Shown: positions 15,191 through 23,404 of the stretch, one piece after another | Position numbering within the stretch: position 1 is the stretch's first letter | Layout of the letters: every line of letters begins with the position of its first letter | Source of the DNA: Enterobacter phage vB_EclM_CIP9 | DNA length: 24,000 nt | Direction: 5' to 3' (one strand) | Sequence record: MN882610.1 | Position numbers and translations under genes: made by a program | The notes under the pieces: model-generated | What the model was told of the DNA's origin: nothing | What the model saw: only the letters and a program-made list of their open reading frames with translations | Databases searched by the model: none

Positions 15191-17364
15191 ATGATTTTTA
15201 CAATTTCAGCTACAGCATTGCCTTCCATATTATATCGATTACGCATATATTCGGAGACAACGATATTTTCGCCTTCAAACTTTTTGATACGATCTGCTGC
15301 ACGTTTGTCGGCATATTCATTTAACTTACGTACGATATGCAACCCATTATATACTTGGTCTTTATGGAGCGGATTCGTGTAAGCAATAATGTTTACTGGG
15401 TTCAACCAAGACCTTAATGCAAATAGGTTTTTAGCTTCTTTAGAAGTTTTACCAGATTCAGTGAGATACTTCATCAAGAAACTGAGTTCAGGATATTTCT
15501 CAATATGTCTAGTGTAATTATAAGCTCGTCCGCTTGTAGCAGTATAGTAGTCATAATCAACTTCATCAACCAACTCTACAAATTTATCACTGATTGCAGT
15601 CAGCATATCTTGGCACTGGTCTAACTTAATAATTTTCTTCTGAAGCTGTGGACGAACAATATGGAACTCTGTGATACCTAATACATCTGCACACTGGCAA
15701 ATTCCACCAAAGTTGTTCCATACGCCGTACTCGGGTTCCATTGATACATAGTTATGGCCATTCTTAAACACTACCCAACCTTCGATATCTTCGGCATCGG
15801 CAGCATTATAGAACAGTTCTTCTTCAGCCCATGAACCTTCTTTAGTTTTGTACCAACGAACTGCGCTTGGTGCTTTTGGCTTAGGCTGATATTCACGCTG
15901 AACAACCACTACGTAATCTTCTACAGCAGCAAAGAATTCAGATGTGTACTTAATAGTCACTGGGTCTTCGCCCATTTGAATTAATACGTCAGGCAGAGTG
16001 TTCATTTCCAGTTCTGATTCTGGGTTGACGAACAGAACTTCTTCACCGCGAGCTGGTAACCATGGATTCTCTTCAAGAATTTTCTTGGCCTTTTCATCTT
16101 TAGACCAACGAATCTCAGCCAGGGCTCTTACTGCCGGCAAGCGTTGTTTCTTGCAGTCATCGATAATAATAGTCAGAGATTTGCGCTGGGTGCCAAACAT
16201 ATAATTAACACCAATACCACCTCGACCACCGTTAGACTTCAGGCGTTTCATTTTAGGGTCTGAACAGATTTCATACACGACACCAGCATCAATGAAACGA
16301 CTCTTAACATCATACTTAGCATAAAGTTGATTATACGTTCTGCCATTACAAAGTTTCTGATGGGTGTTTTGAAGCATACGGTTTGCATTATAACCCAGAC
16401 CACCTACTTCACGAATAACCTTACGTTCGTGGGTGCTTTCGCGCCATTCTTTCAGGTCTTCTTCCATCACGCGTTTATCAAGATTAATAACACGAGATTT
16501 TATGTTTGCGATAGTCTGTTCATCAAGTGACAGTTCTTCACGTGATGCCGCAATGTCTAATTCGCCTAATGGGAACTTAATGAATACAACATCATTACGA
16601 GCACCAATCCAAGTATCACCGAGGCCAGGAACATCATTTAATGGATAAACGATAGAACCATATACAGCAAACAGACCAGAACGTTCTTCATAAGTGTAGT
16701 CAGTGTCTGGGATTGCATAGTACTCGTCGAATTCTGGGAAGAAACGTGGCTCAAGTTTAGAACCAACCAAATTTACTTTTGATTCGCCAAACGGGCGAAC
16801 AACATATTTGATTTCGTCTTTCCAACGCTGGATATCTGCTGTCTTAACAGGAACCGTAATTTCCAGACCAGTTTTATCATCTTCTTTCATATCTTCTTCG
16901 AACAGAAGACGAATAACAGGCTCGCCATTATCAAGCATTGCCGTGTAGCCATACACTTTACCTTCGTGATAAGAAACAACGGTAAACGTATCTGTGTAGC
17001 TAAATGGAGATTTAGAACCAAGGCCTAATGCACCGATGAAGTCATTAGAATTGTTCTTAGTTGATGCAAAGTAAGTCGTGTACAGGTTTTCCAGACCATC
17101 TTTAGACAGGCCAGGACCAAAGTCACGAATAATGAAACGTGGGTCCATCTGACCTGGTACGTTAATCTGGAATGCGCCTTCAAAACCATTTAGCTTATGA
17201 GCATCAAGGCAGTTACATGCCAGTTCACGAACAATTGCACGAATCTTGTTTTTATACAGACCAGAAGAAAGGATTTTAAAGGCCTTTGCACTTGTGGTGA
17301 TTTTAAACTTGGTGTTTGCACCCTTACTGCCCAGTACTACTTCATCATCGCCTTGGATAATCAT
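15181..17364 (-). CDS. rIIA: rIIA protein (GHKL-type ATPase fold)
   Basis: 727 aa; FKILSSGLYKNKIRAIVRELACNCLDAHKLNG, FIIRDFGPGLS, NDFIGALGLGSKSPFSYTDTFTVVSYH; same size and motifs as T4 rIIA. Confidence 0.97.
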   Translation of the reverse strand: MIIQGDDEVVLGSKGANTKFKITTSAKAFKILSSGLYKNKIRAIVRELACNCLDAHKLNGFEGAFQINVPGQMDPRFIIRDFGPGLSKDGLENLYTTYFASTKNNSNDFIGALGLGSKSPFSYTDTFTVVSYHEGKVYGYTAMLDNGEPVIRLLFEEDMKEDDKTGLEITVPVKTADIQRWKDEIKYVVRPFGESKVNLVGSKLEPRFFPEFDEYYAIPDTDYTYEERSGLFAVYGSIVYPLNDVPGLGDTWIGARNDVVFIKFPLGELDIAASREELSLDEQTIANIKSRVINLDKRVMEEDLKEWRESTHERKVIREVGGLGYNANRMLQNTHQKLCNGRTYNQLYAKYDVKSRFIDAGVVYEICSDPKMKRLKSNGGRGGIGVNYMFGTQRKSLTIIIDDCKKQRLPAVRALAEIRWSKDEKAKKILEENPWLPARGEEVLFVNPESELEMNTLPDVLIQMGEDPVTIKYTSEFFAAVEDYVVVVQREYQPKPKAPSAVRWYKTKEGSWAEEELFYNAADAEDIEGWVVFKNGHNYVSMEPEYGVWNNFGGICQCADVLGITEFHIVRPQLQKKIIKLDQCQDMLTAISDKFVELVDEVDYDYYTATSGRAYNYTRHIEKYPELSFLMKYLTESGKTSKEAKNLFALRSWLNPVNIIAYTNPLHKDQVYNGLHIVRKLNEYADKRAADRIKKFEGENIVVSEYMRNRYNMEGNAVAEIVKIMGD

Positions 17365-17376
17365 ATTAATTTAGTC

Positions 17377-17580
17377 TCATTCACAATGTTTTTTGATAAG
17401 TTCTGCCACTTGAAGAAGTTCATCTTTAGTAGCGGTTTCTTTAAGTATTTTATTACGGATTTCTTTGAAGCATAACTTAAACTCAATAGCCAAGTCGATA
17501 TCAAAGAAACGTTCTAGAATTCTATATTCACGGAAAACAGCGTCATCAAATAATTCCAGATTGACATTATAACTTCGCAT
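17377..17580 (-). CDS. Hypothetical protein, 67 aa
   Basis: MRSYNVNLELFDDAVFREYRILERFF...; ATG at 17580 has a GAGG SD; track form is N-terminally extended. Confidence 0.65.
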   Translation of the reverse strand: MRSYNVNLELFDDAVFREYRILERFFDIDLAIEFKLCFKEIRNKILKETATKDELLQVAELIKKHCE

Positions 17581-17884
17581 TTGGTAATACCTCATGTTGC
17601 TTATACTCAAGAGTAGAACCAATTTCACGAAGTATCTTACGCATGTTACCCATGGAAGCTTTGTGAGTTTGGTCATGATAAATCAGGTTCAGAACACTCT
17701 CCTGTTGTTCAGGAGTGAGCGCCTGGTTGTTTTTAATTTGAACGGCAATAGATTTAACAGCCTGAGCATACGCACGCTTCCTGTCGGCGTCGTGCGTGCT
17801 ATTCTTGGCCTTACGTATTCCCGCCTCCATAACCACCAAAGCAAGGTTATCTAAATTAACTATGCTGTTGTCTGACATAACCAT
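17567..17884 (-). CDS. Hypothetical protein, 105 aa
   Basis: MVMSDNSIVNLDNLALVVMEAGIRKAKNSTHDADRKRAYAQ...; SD AGGAAC. Confidence 0.7.
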   Translation of the reverse strand: MVMSDNSIVNLDNLALVVMEAGIRKAKNSTHDADRKRAYAQAVKSIAVQIKNNQALTPEQQESVLNLIYHDQTHKASMGNMRKILREIGSTLEYKQHEVLPNAKL

Positions 17885-17899
17885 AAACCGTTCCTATAC

Positions 17900-17931
17900 A
17901 AAAATGGGATGTAGTTATTACACCACATCCC
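17900..17931 (-). terminator. Candidate intrinsic terminator downstream of 39
   Basis: Minus strand GGGATGT-12 nt-ACATCCC-ATTTTTG. Confidence 0.6.
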
Positions 17932-17941
17932 TTAGAAAGCA

Positions 17942-18118
17942 TTAATGGCTTAATGGACCCCATCCGCCTTCAATTTTATAAGCTTGCCCACGAACTTTAG
18001 TTAATGAACCATCCGGGTTTTCTACTGAAATAGTAACATATTGAGCAAAGAGAGGTTTCTCTTCAGCCCAAAGATAACCAAATTCACCAGTAGCTAAAGT
18101 AATCCAATATTGTTTCAT
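17942..18118 (-). CDS. Hypothetical protein, 58 aa
   Basis: Not in track. MKQYWITLATGEFGYLWAEEKPLFAQYVTISVENPDGSLTKVRGQAYKIEGGWGPLSH*; SD AAGGAG. Confidence 0.75.
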   Translation of the reverse strand: MKQYWITLATGEFGYLWAEEKPLFAQYVTISVENPDGSLTKVRGQAYKIEGGWGPLSH

Positions 18119-18160
18119 ATGAGCTCCTTATTACGAGGCAAAAATACCTCGTAATATTTA

Positions 18161-20002
18161 TTAACTCATCCAGACCTTACGTGGCGCAGGGTCTTTACCT
18201 AACAACATCTCGAACTGTTCTTTCCAATCATCCGGAAGTTGAACAACATCATACTTAGGATTCATAATCATCTGCTTATATTCAGATTTCTGAAGTGAAC
18301 CAAGTCCTTTGATATATCGAATAGAATGTTTAGGCAATTTGTCTTTAGCCGCTTCATATTCAGGCAAGTCATAGAACCATTTCTGTTCTTTGCCAATCTG
18401 AGCAATGATAACAGGAGTTTTAACAAATCGTACTCGACCTTCTTTATAAAGCTGAGGCCATTGGGTAAAGAATGCAAGCAGTGATGGATAAATCGAACCG
18501 GTTCCATCGACGTCAGCATCGGTCATGATAGCAATATTACGATAACCCATTGAACTGATATCTTCATCGCCAATCGTTAGGCCTGTGATAGCACAGATAT
18601 CAAAAGCTTCTTTGTTCTTCATGATATCTACACCAGACATACCCCATGTATTCATGAACTTACCACGTAATGGATAACCACCATGTAGTTCACGGTCACG
18701 AACTTCAATCAGATAACCGATTGCTGAGTCACCTTCCGTCAAGAACAATGTTGTGTCGGCATCTTTACCATAAAGGTTTGCTTTAATATGCTTTTGAACT
18801 TTTGCTTTAGCCGCTTTTTTATTGGCTTTAGTTTCAGCAGCCTTTTCAGCAGCTAATTTACGAGCCAATGCGGCTTCAACGATAGGCATAATAAGGCCTT
18901 CGTCTTTCAAAATAGCATTAGCAATTTTCTTGGCATCGATTTGGATATGGTTACGAATTTCACCGAACGGTGATGTCAAACGTTCTTTAGTCTGTGAATC
19001 GAAACGCATATTGCTCATATCACGAATGAACATCAGCATTGTCAGACATTCTTTGACGCGTGCTTTGCTTACTTCAATACCTTTATATTTCTTCTTAATG
19101 CCAGGCAGAAGATGTTCACAGATATCATCAAACACACATTCAACATGGTGTCCACCATTCTTAGTATGAATGTTGTTCACATAAGTCAGATGACGGAAAC
19201 CATCCGGGCTTGTTGCGAATGCCATAGAAACATTATCTGTTTCTTGAATAACAACGTTTTCACCGAATTGTTTAGCGAACTTTTTAAAGTTGCCATCTAC
19301 TTTCTTACCATTGAAAGTAAATTGAATACCAGGATATATAACGGCCAGAGTTTGAAGGCGGTCCAGAGTAATCGCATGATACATGTCATTCAGTTCATTA
19401 GTTTCGAAATGTTCGAAATCAGGAATAAATGAAACGATTGTGCCTGTTTTAGCCTTCACATGTTCTTTCTTAGAGGCAGGAACCGATGCCCATGACTTGT
19501 TTTCCATGCCATTAGAACAACGTACGACAATCTCATTCTCGCCATCACAGGTAGCGCCAGCGAACATAACAGAGAAGATGTTGGTTAAACTACTACCGAC
19601 ACCGTTCATGCCGCCTGTCTTACGCTCAGCGTCATCACCGAAGTTACCACCAGCTTTTGGGATAGTCCATGCTGCTACTGGTCCTGGGATTTGTTGACCT
19701 GTCTGGTCTGTAACCATCGCTTGTGGAATACCACGTCCGTTATCTTCGACAATAACTTTATTGCCTTTGATTTGAACGTCAATTTTATTCGCAAACTTAA
19801 AGTTTGTACGAATAGCTTCATCGACGCTGTTATCAATGATTTCATCGATAAGTTTCACTAAACCCGGAACATAAGGAACAAATACATATGAACCGAACAG
19901 AAAACGTTCATGCTGCTCATTTGCACTTGAGCCGATGTACATCCCACTACGCTTTTTAATATGTTCAACGTCAGACAATACTTTAATTTCGTTCTTAATC
20001 AT
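18161..20002 (-). CDS. 39: DNA topoisomerase II large subunit, undivided (T4 gp39 + gp60 equivalent)
   Basis: 613 aa; GHKL ATPase N-terminus (EIIDNSVDEAIR, VEDNGRGIP) through TOPRIM signatures (TLFLTEGDSAIGYL, IMTDADVDGTGSI) to gp60-like C-terminus in one frame. Confidence 0.96.
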   Translation of the reverse strand: MIKNEIKVLSDVEHIKKRSGMYIGSSANEQHERFLFGSYVFVPYVPGLVKLIDEIIDNSVDEAIRTNFKFANKIDVQIKGNKVIVEDNGRGIPQAMVTDQTGQQIPGPVAAWTIPKAGGNFGDDAERKTGGMNGVGSSLTNIFSVMFAGATCDGENEIVVRCSNGMENKSWASVPASKKEHVKAKTGTIVSFIPDFEHFETNELNDMYHAITLDRLQTLAVIYPGIQFTFNGKKVDGNFKKFAKQFGENVVIQETDNVSMAFATSPDGFRHLTYVNNIHTKNGGHHVECVFDDICEHLLPGIKKKYKGIEVSKARVKECLTMLMFIRDMSNMRFDSQTKERLTSPFGEIRNHIQIDAKKIANAILKDEGLIMPIVEAALARKLAAEKAAETKANKKAAKAKVQKHIKANLYGKDADTTLFLTEGDSAIGYLIEVRDRELHGGYPLRGKFMNTWGMSGVDIMKNKEAFDICAITGLTIGDEDISSMGYRNIAIMTDADVDGTGSIYPSLLAFFTQWPQLYKEGRVRFVKTPVIIAQIGKEQKWFYDLPEYEAAKDKLPKHSIRYIKGLGSLQKSEYKQMIMNPKYDVVQLPDDWKEQFEMLLGKDPAPRKVWMS

Positions 20003-20026
20003 TTCATTTCCTCATGTAGTAGGAGA

Positions 20027-20053
20027 ATAATATCCCATCTCATTAAAAGCAGA
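20027..20053 (-). promoter_or_regulatory. Candidate MotA-dependent middle promoter of 39
   Basis: Minus strand TCTGCTTTT -12 nt- TATTAT, located just 5' of the gene 39 ATG; no good sigma70 -35. Confidence 0.6.
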
Positions 20054-20062
20054 AAAGGAGCA

Positions 20063-20284
20063 CTAGGCTCCATTACATTTTTTGCATCTTATATCATGCC
20101 ATTGTGCGGCAGACATCCCAGAAGCCAGATAAGCGCGGAACTCTTTCTTTGCTTCACGCTTTTGTTTATTCGTCATTGGAACCGGCCGATAATACGAAGA
20201 TGCTTTACCACTTACTTTCATAGTGAAAATAAATGCTGCACTACCGTTATACGGATGTTTACCATATGATTCATCAATTTTCAT
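20063..20284 (-). CDS. Hypothetical protein, 73 aa
   Basis: TAATG overlap with upstream ORF stop. Confidence 0.7.
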   Translation of the reverse strand: MKIDESYGKHPYNGSAAFIFTMKVSGKASSYYRPVPMTNKQKREAKKEFRAYLASGMSAAQWHDIRCKKCNGA

Positions 20285-20547
20285 TATTCGAACCTGATAG
20301 TAGAGTTCTTAAACAGCATACCAGAACAAACGGCGCCTTTAACAGGAATACCTGTAGGACCTTTAGCCGTGAAGCCTGTAGAGAAAGTATCTTTACTTGA
20401 ACAAGCCAGCCAATCATAGCCTGTCATTTGAATATCAGTAAAACCATTAGCAGTCAGAACACGATACGCATTCTTTTCGTCGGTACAACCAGACAGAATA
20501 CCAATTGACAGAATTGCAGCAATCAAACCCATTACAAATACTTTCAT
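20284..20547 (-). CDS. Putative small lipoprotein, 87 aa
   Basis: MKVFVMGLIAAILSIGILSGCTDEKN: signal sequence with LSGC lipobox. Confidence 0.7.
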   Translation of the reverse strand: MKVFVMGLIAAILSIGILSGCTDEKNAYRVLTANGFTDIQMTGYDWLACSSKDTFSTGFTAKGPTGIPVKGAVCSGMLFKNSTIRFE

Positions 20548-20639
20548 TTCTTGGTTACCTTAATAATTTTACCGCTGTGGAGTTTAATAACCCGGCTTTC
20601 ACCAGATTTCATAAAACGAATACGTGGTTTAGTGCCCAT
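20544..20639 (-). CDS. Possible 31-aa basic peptide
   Basis: Not in track. MGTKPRIRFMKSGESRVIKLHSGKIIKVTKK*; TAATG overlap upstream and ATGA overlap with lipoprotein start. Confidence 0.5.
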   Translation of the reverse strand: MGTKPRIRFMKSGESRVIKLHSGKIIKVTKK

Positions 20640-20815
20640 TAGTAATCACCACTTTTGAGCCCATCATAATGAACTGCTGGGGCAGAAACAACACGCTTCA
20701 TTTCGCCTTCACAATTCAGGAACTTACAAGGTTGTGGATTATCACGTTCAGAAATTTTAACATTCTTTTCTGATTTTTCACCACATGCTTCACATTTATA
20801 ATCATACAGAGGCAT
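20639..20815 (-). CDS. FmdB-like zinc-ribbon protein, 58 aa
   Basis: Not in track. MPLYDYKCEACGEKSEKNVKISERDNPQPCKFLNCEGEMKRVVSAPAVHYDGLKSGDY*; CxxC..C...C. Confidence 0.75.
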   Translation of the reverse strand: MPLYDYKCEACGEKSEKNVKISERDNPQPCKFLNCEGEMKRVVSAPAVHYDGLKSGDY

Positions 20816-21212
20816 CTTTTAGTCCTTGTAACATAATAATTGCAGCGTGAACTTCTTCCATTGTAGTAATGGTCAGACGAATTTCAGGAATAGCCAAGAG
20901 ATTAGGGAACACAGTTTCATCTTCAGGCTTATTAGGATTGAGCCACTCAACGAAGAAACTCATTGCTTCGTTTTTAGTAATATGGCATGAATAATTAATC
21001 GAATGTGCTTCGCTCAATTCAGCCGAAGTGATAATTTCACCACCAAGAGTAGTGAATGTATTATAAATTCCTTCACTTTGAGAATAACCAAGTTTAATTG
21101 GACCTAGCTTATCAAAGACTTCAATAAGCTTGACATTTGCACCACATGCACTCATGAAGCCTGTGCGGTCGCCAATAACAAAATACTTATCTGCCGGTAG
21201 AATATTAATCAT
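20802..21212 (-). CDS. Hypothetical protein, 136 aa
   Basis: Open frame; ATGA overlap with upstream ORF stop. Confidence 0.7.
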   Translation of the reverse strand: MINILPADKYFVIGDRTGFMSACGANVKLIEVFDKLGPIKLGYSQSEGIYNTFTTLGGEIITSAELSEAHSINYSCHITKNEAMSFFVEWLNPNKPEDETVFPNLLAIPEIRLTITTMEEVHAAIIMLQGLKDASV

Positions 21213-22018
21213 TTGAACACCATATTATTCAGAAATTCAATTGCTTTCAGTCGAGTCATTTCATCTTCGACTACGAAACGAATCTTACCTTTAACTTCAA
21301 TCTTAGGAGATTCTGGGGTCAGTTCGGCCACATCACGTGCGATTTCAGCCATAATTTCGGCATCGGTTTGACCACGATCTTTTTCTTGCTCTTCGATCTG
21401 TTCATCAACCCAGCCTGCGGTAGGCATTTCAATTTCATCACACTTGCCAAGATTAAATTTATTATCGCGTTTTGGCAAGTCACGAACAATAGATTCACCA
21501 CGAATGAACCCTGAACAAATAGGACGTTTCCACTCTTCAAAATGTCCCAGTTCGTCTGGAGTCAGAGTGAAGTTCAGGTATTTATGGTTTGCTCTGTTAT
21601 CAGGGTCCACATATTTAAGGCGCATAGTCTTAAGGTCATAAACACCACTCATACAAACACTTTCTACAATGAATGGGTTATAACCAATCTCACGAATAAA
21701 TTGAAGATTGATTGAAGAACCTTTCAGAAGAGCTGCGGCATCTTTCAACTGATAGGCGGCGTTCACACACCAGGCCATATCATAGTTGATTTCAAAGTGA
21801 GTTAGCTCGTTTACCGCATCCAGATGAATTTGAATTCTTTCTTCAGCGTGGTTTTCAACTACTTGAGCATTACCATAATCATCTGTTTCGAGAACCTTGA
21901 AAGGACGACTACCTACAAAGTTGGCGAACGCACGGTTGTCACCACAACGTCTGGTAAACAGAGCATGGTCATGCATGCTCTTGAAATGATAGAAGTAACC
22001 TTCAGTGAACTTATGCAT
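21209..22018 (-). CDS. Hypothetical protein, 269 aa
   Basis: MHKFTEGYFYHFKSMHDHALF...; GGAAGGAAG upstream of ATG at 22018; track start at 22105 would overlap the upstream ORF. Confidence 0.75.
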   Translation of the reverse strand: MHKFTEGYFYHFKSMHDHALFTRRCGDNRAFANFVGSRPFKVLETDDYGNAQVVENHAEERIQIHLDAVNELTHFEINYDMAWCVNAAYQLKDAAALLKGSSINLQFIREIGYNPFIVESVCMSGVYDLKTMRLKYVDPDNRANHKYLNFTLTPDELGHFEEWKRPICSGFIRGESIVRDLPKRDNKFNLGKCDEIEMPTAGWVDEQIEEQEKDRGQTDAEIMAEIARDVAELTPESPKIEVKGKIRFVVEDEMTRLKAIEFLNNMVFK

Positions 22019-22232
22019 TGTAAACTTCCTTCCAGTAAGAAGTACCATCTTCCGTGATTTCACGGAAGATACCATAGATTGGCAGAGTATCACCAACTTT
22101 TTCATAGACGTAAACTACTTGTGTGTGACTCAGATGGTCAGACCAATCTTTCTGTACAACGACTAATTCGTTGCTGAACAGCACATCTTCGAATGCGTCG
22201 CGATTTGAAGCAGTAGTTTCGATGTATATCAT
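22011..22232 (-). CDS. Hypothetical protein, 73 aa
   Basis: MIYIETTASNRDAFEDVLFSNELVVVQKDW...; AGAGGAAAAT SD and promoter upstream; track start at 22346 runs through the promoter. Confidence 0.72.
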   Translation of the reverse strand: MIYIETTASNRDAFEDVLFSNELVVVQKDWSDHLSHTQVVYVYEKVGDTLPIYGIFREITEDGTSYWKEVYNA

Positions 22233-22264
22233 TTTATTTTCCTCTCGTTTGTTGGTGTAGGAAC

Positions 22265-22293
22265 ATAATAACATGAACCTACACCGTTGTAAA
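22265..22293 (-). promoter_or_regulatory. Early promoter
   Basis: TTTACA-17-TATTAT on minus strand. Confidence 0.82.
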
Positions 22294-22296
22294 CAC

Positions 22297-22791
22297 TTAG
22301 ATGTAAGAATCGATAGTGTATGCTTTAGCACCTGCGTCAGGAACACGTTTCATAGTACAGATTACCATGCTGCGTGGTACTACAGAGAAGGTTCCTTCAT
22401 GAACGATGTTCAGAAGTTCAACGCCTTCTTCAATCCACTGGTCAGATACGAAGCCGCCAATACGAGCACCGGTATAGAAATCTTCGAACACTACGGCACG
22501 AGTCAGCAGATCAGTAGGGTCTTTGATAACCAGAGGCTTAATCTGAGTCAGATACATATGAGCTACATCTTCATCGACAACATAACCACCGATTTTAGAT
22601 GGATATGTGCTTGTAGGAGCATCAGAGCCAATGACTTCAGTCACATGTTCAGGTTTAACATAACCGACAACACCAAAGTCTGTACGAACTTTATAACCAT
22701 CACGAGCAGAAGTACCAACTACCGTACCAGTTTCGCCGGCAATTTTAGAGCCAGACAGAAAAGATACATATACACGAGAACCAATTTTCAT
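22297..22791 (-). CDS. MotB-like protein candidate with KOW/Tudor-like N-terminus
   Basis: 164 aa; GSRVYVSFLSGSKIAGETGTVVGTSARDGYKVRTDFGVVGYVKPEHV; position between 39 and dexA and size fit T4 motB. No sequence comparison possible here. Confidence 0.5.
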   Translation of the reverse strand: MKIGSRVYVSFLSGSKIAGETGTVVGTSARDGYKVRTDFGVVGYVKPEHVTEVIGSDAPTSTYPSKIGGYVVDEDVAHMYLTQIKPLVIKDPTDLLTRAVVFEDFYTGARIGGFVSDQWIEEGVELLNIVHEGTFSVVPRSMVICTMKRVPDAGAKAYTIDSYI

Positions 22792-22800
22792 AATAACACC

Positions 22801-23349
22801 TTAAAATAAAATAAAATCAACTTGAACAGCGTCAGCACGTTTGAACATAACCTGGCTGTCACCGAGTAAAACACTATTATCATCTACTTCGTATATAGCA
22901 AGATAGTAGCCTTTATTACGAAGTGAATCAAAATCACAATCATCAAACCATTTGTAGAAATGGCCTTCGGTTTCGAAACCAAAGTAATACTCTTTGTGCC
23001 ATCTCTTAGGCAGCTCAAATTGGTCCTCTACATTATAACGACTTACCGCAGAGGCCATCAGCTTTTTATCAGCACCCGGAGGTGGGCGATTGAAAGCACC
23101 TTTAGAATTAACGATGTGTCTGAAATTACCTTCTTCGATACCGTGTTTGTCCATCCAAAGAATCGTATCTTCAGAATTGTCAGCGCCTGCCCAACCATAT
23201 GGTGAACGAGGTTCTTTGTTCCATGATGGCTTATGTTCAAACTGACCTTGGACTGTAGTCCAACCGCCAGACGGGCAACGTTCAAATTTGAGTTGACGAA
23301 TATCTTCACGACGAGTACAGAATTTTCTTTCAACACGATAGATACGCAT
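22801..23349 (-). CDS. Hypothetical protein, 182 aa
   Basis: MRIYRVERKFCTRREDIRQLK...; GGAGGT 5 nt upstream of ATG at 23349. Confidence 0.75.
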   Translation of the reverse strand: MRIYRVERKFCTRREDIRQLKFERCPSGGWTTVQGQFEHKPSWNKEPRSPYGWAGADNSEDTILWMDKHGIEEGNFRHIVNSKGAFNRPPPGADKKLMASAVSRYNVEDQFELPKRWHKEYYFGFETEGHFYKWFDDCDFDSLRNKGYYLAIYEVDDNSVLLGDSQVMFKRADAVQVDFILF

Positions 23350-23375
23350 GATGACCTCCATTAGTAAGTGAGGTC

Positions 23376-23404
23376 ATCATATCATGCTCTAAAGTGGTTG
23401 TAAA
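23376..23404 (-). promoter_or_regulatory. Early promoter
   Basis: TTTACA-17-TATGAT on minus strand, TG at extended -10. Confidence 0.75.

Noticed and set aside
15998-16648. Plus-strand ORFs inside rIIA
   Set aside because: Antisense to rIIA, no initiation signals.
18822-19697. Plus-strand ORFs of 102-115 aa opposite gene 39
   Set aside because: Antisense frames created by codon bias of the real gene.
22011-22346. 111-aa form of the ORF
   Set aside because: N-terminal extension would be translated from sequence covering the early promoter; ATG 22232 has the SD.
22273-22809. 178-aa plus-strand ORF
   Set aside because: Fully antisense to the MotB-like ORF, which has SD, position and coherent sequence; no late promoter upstream.
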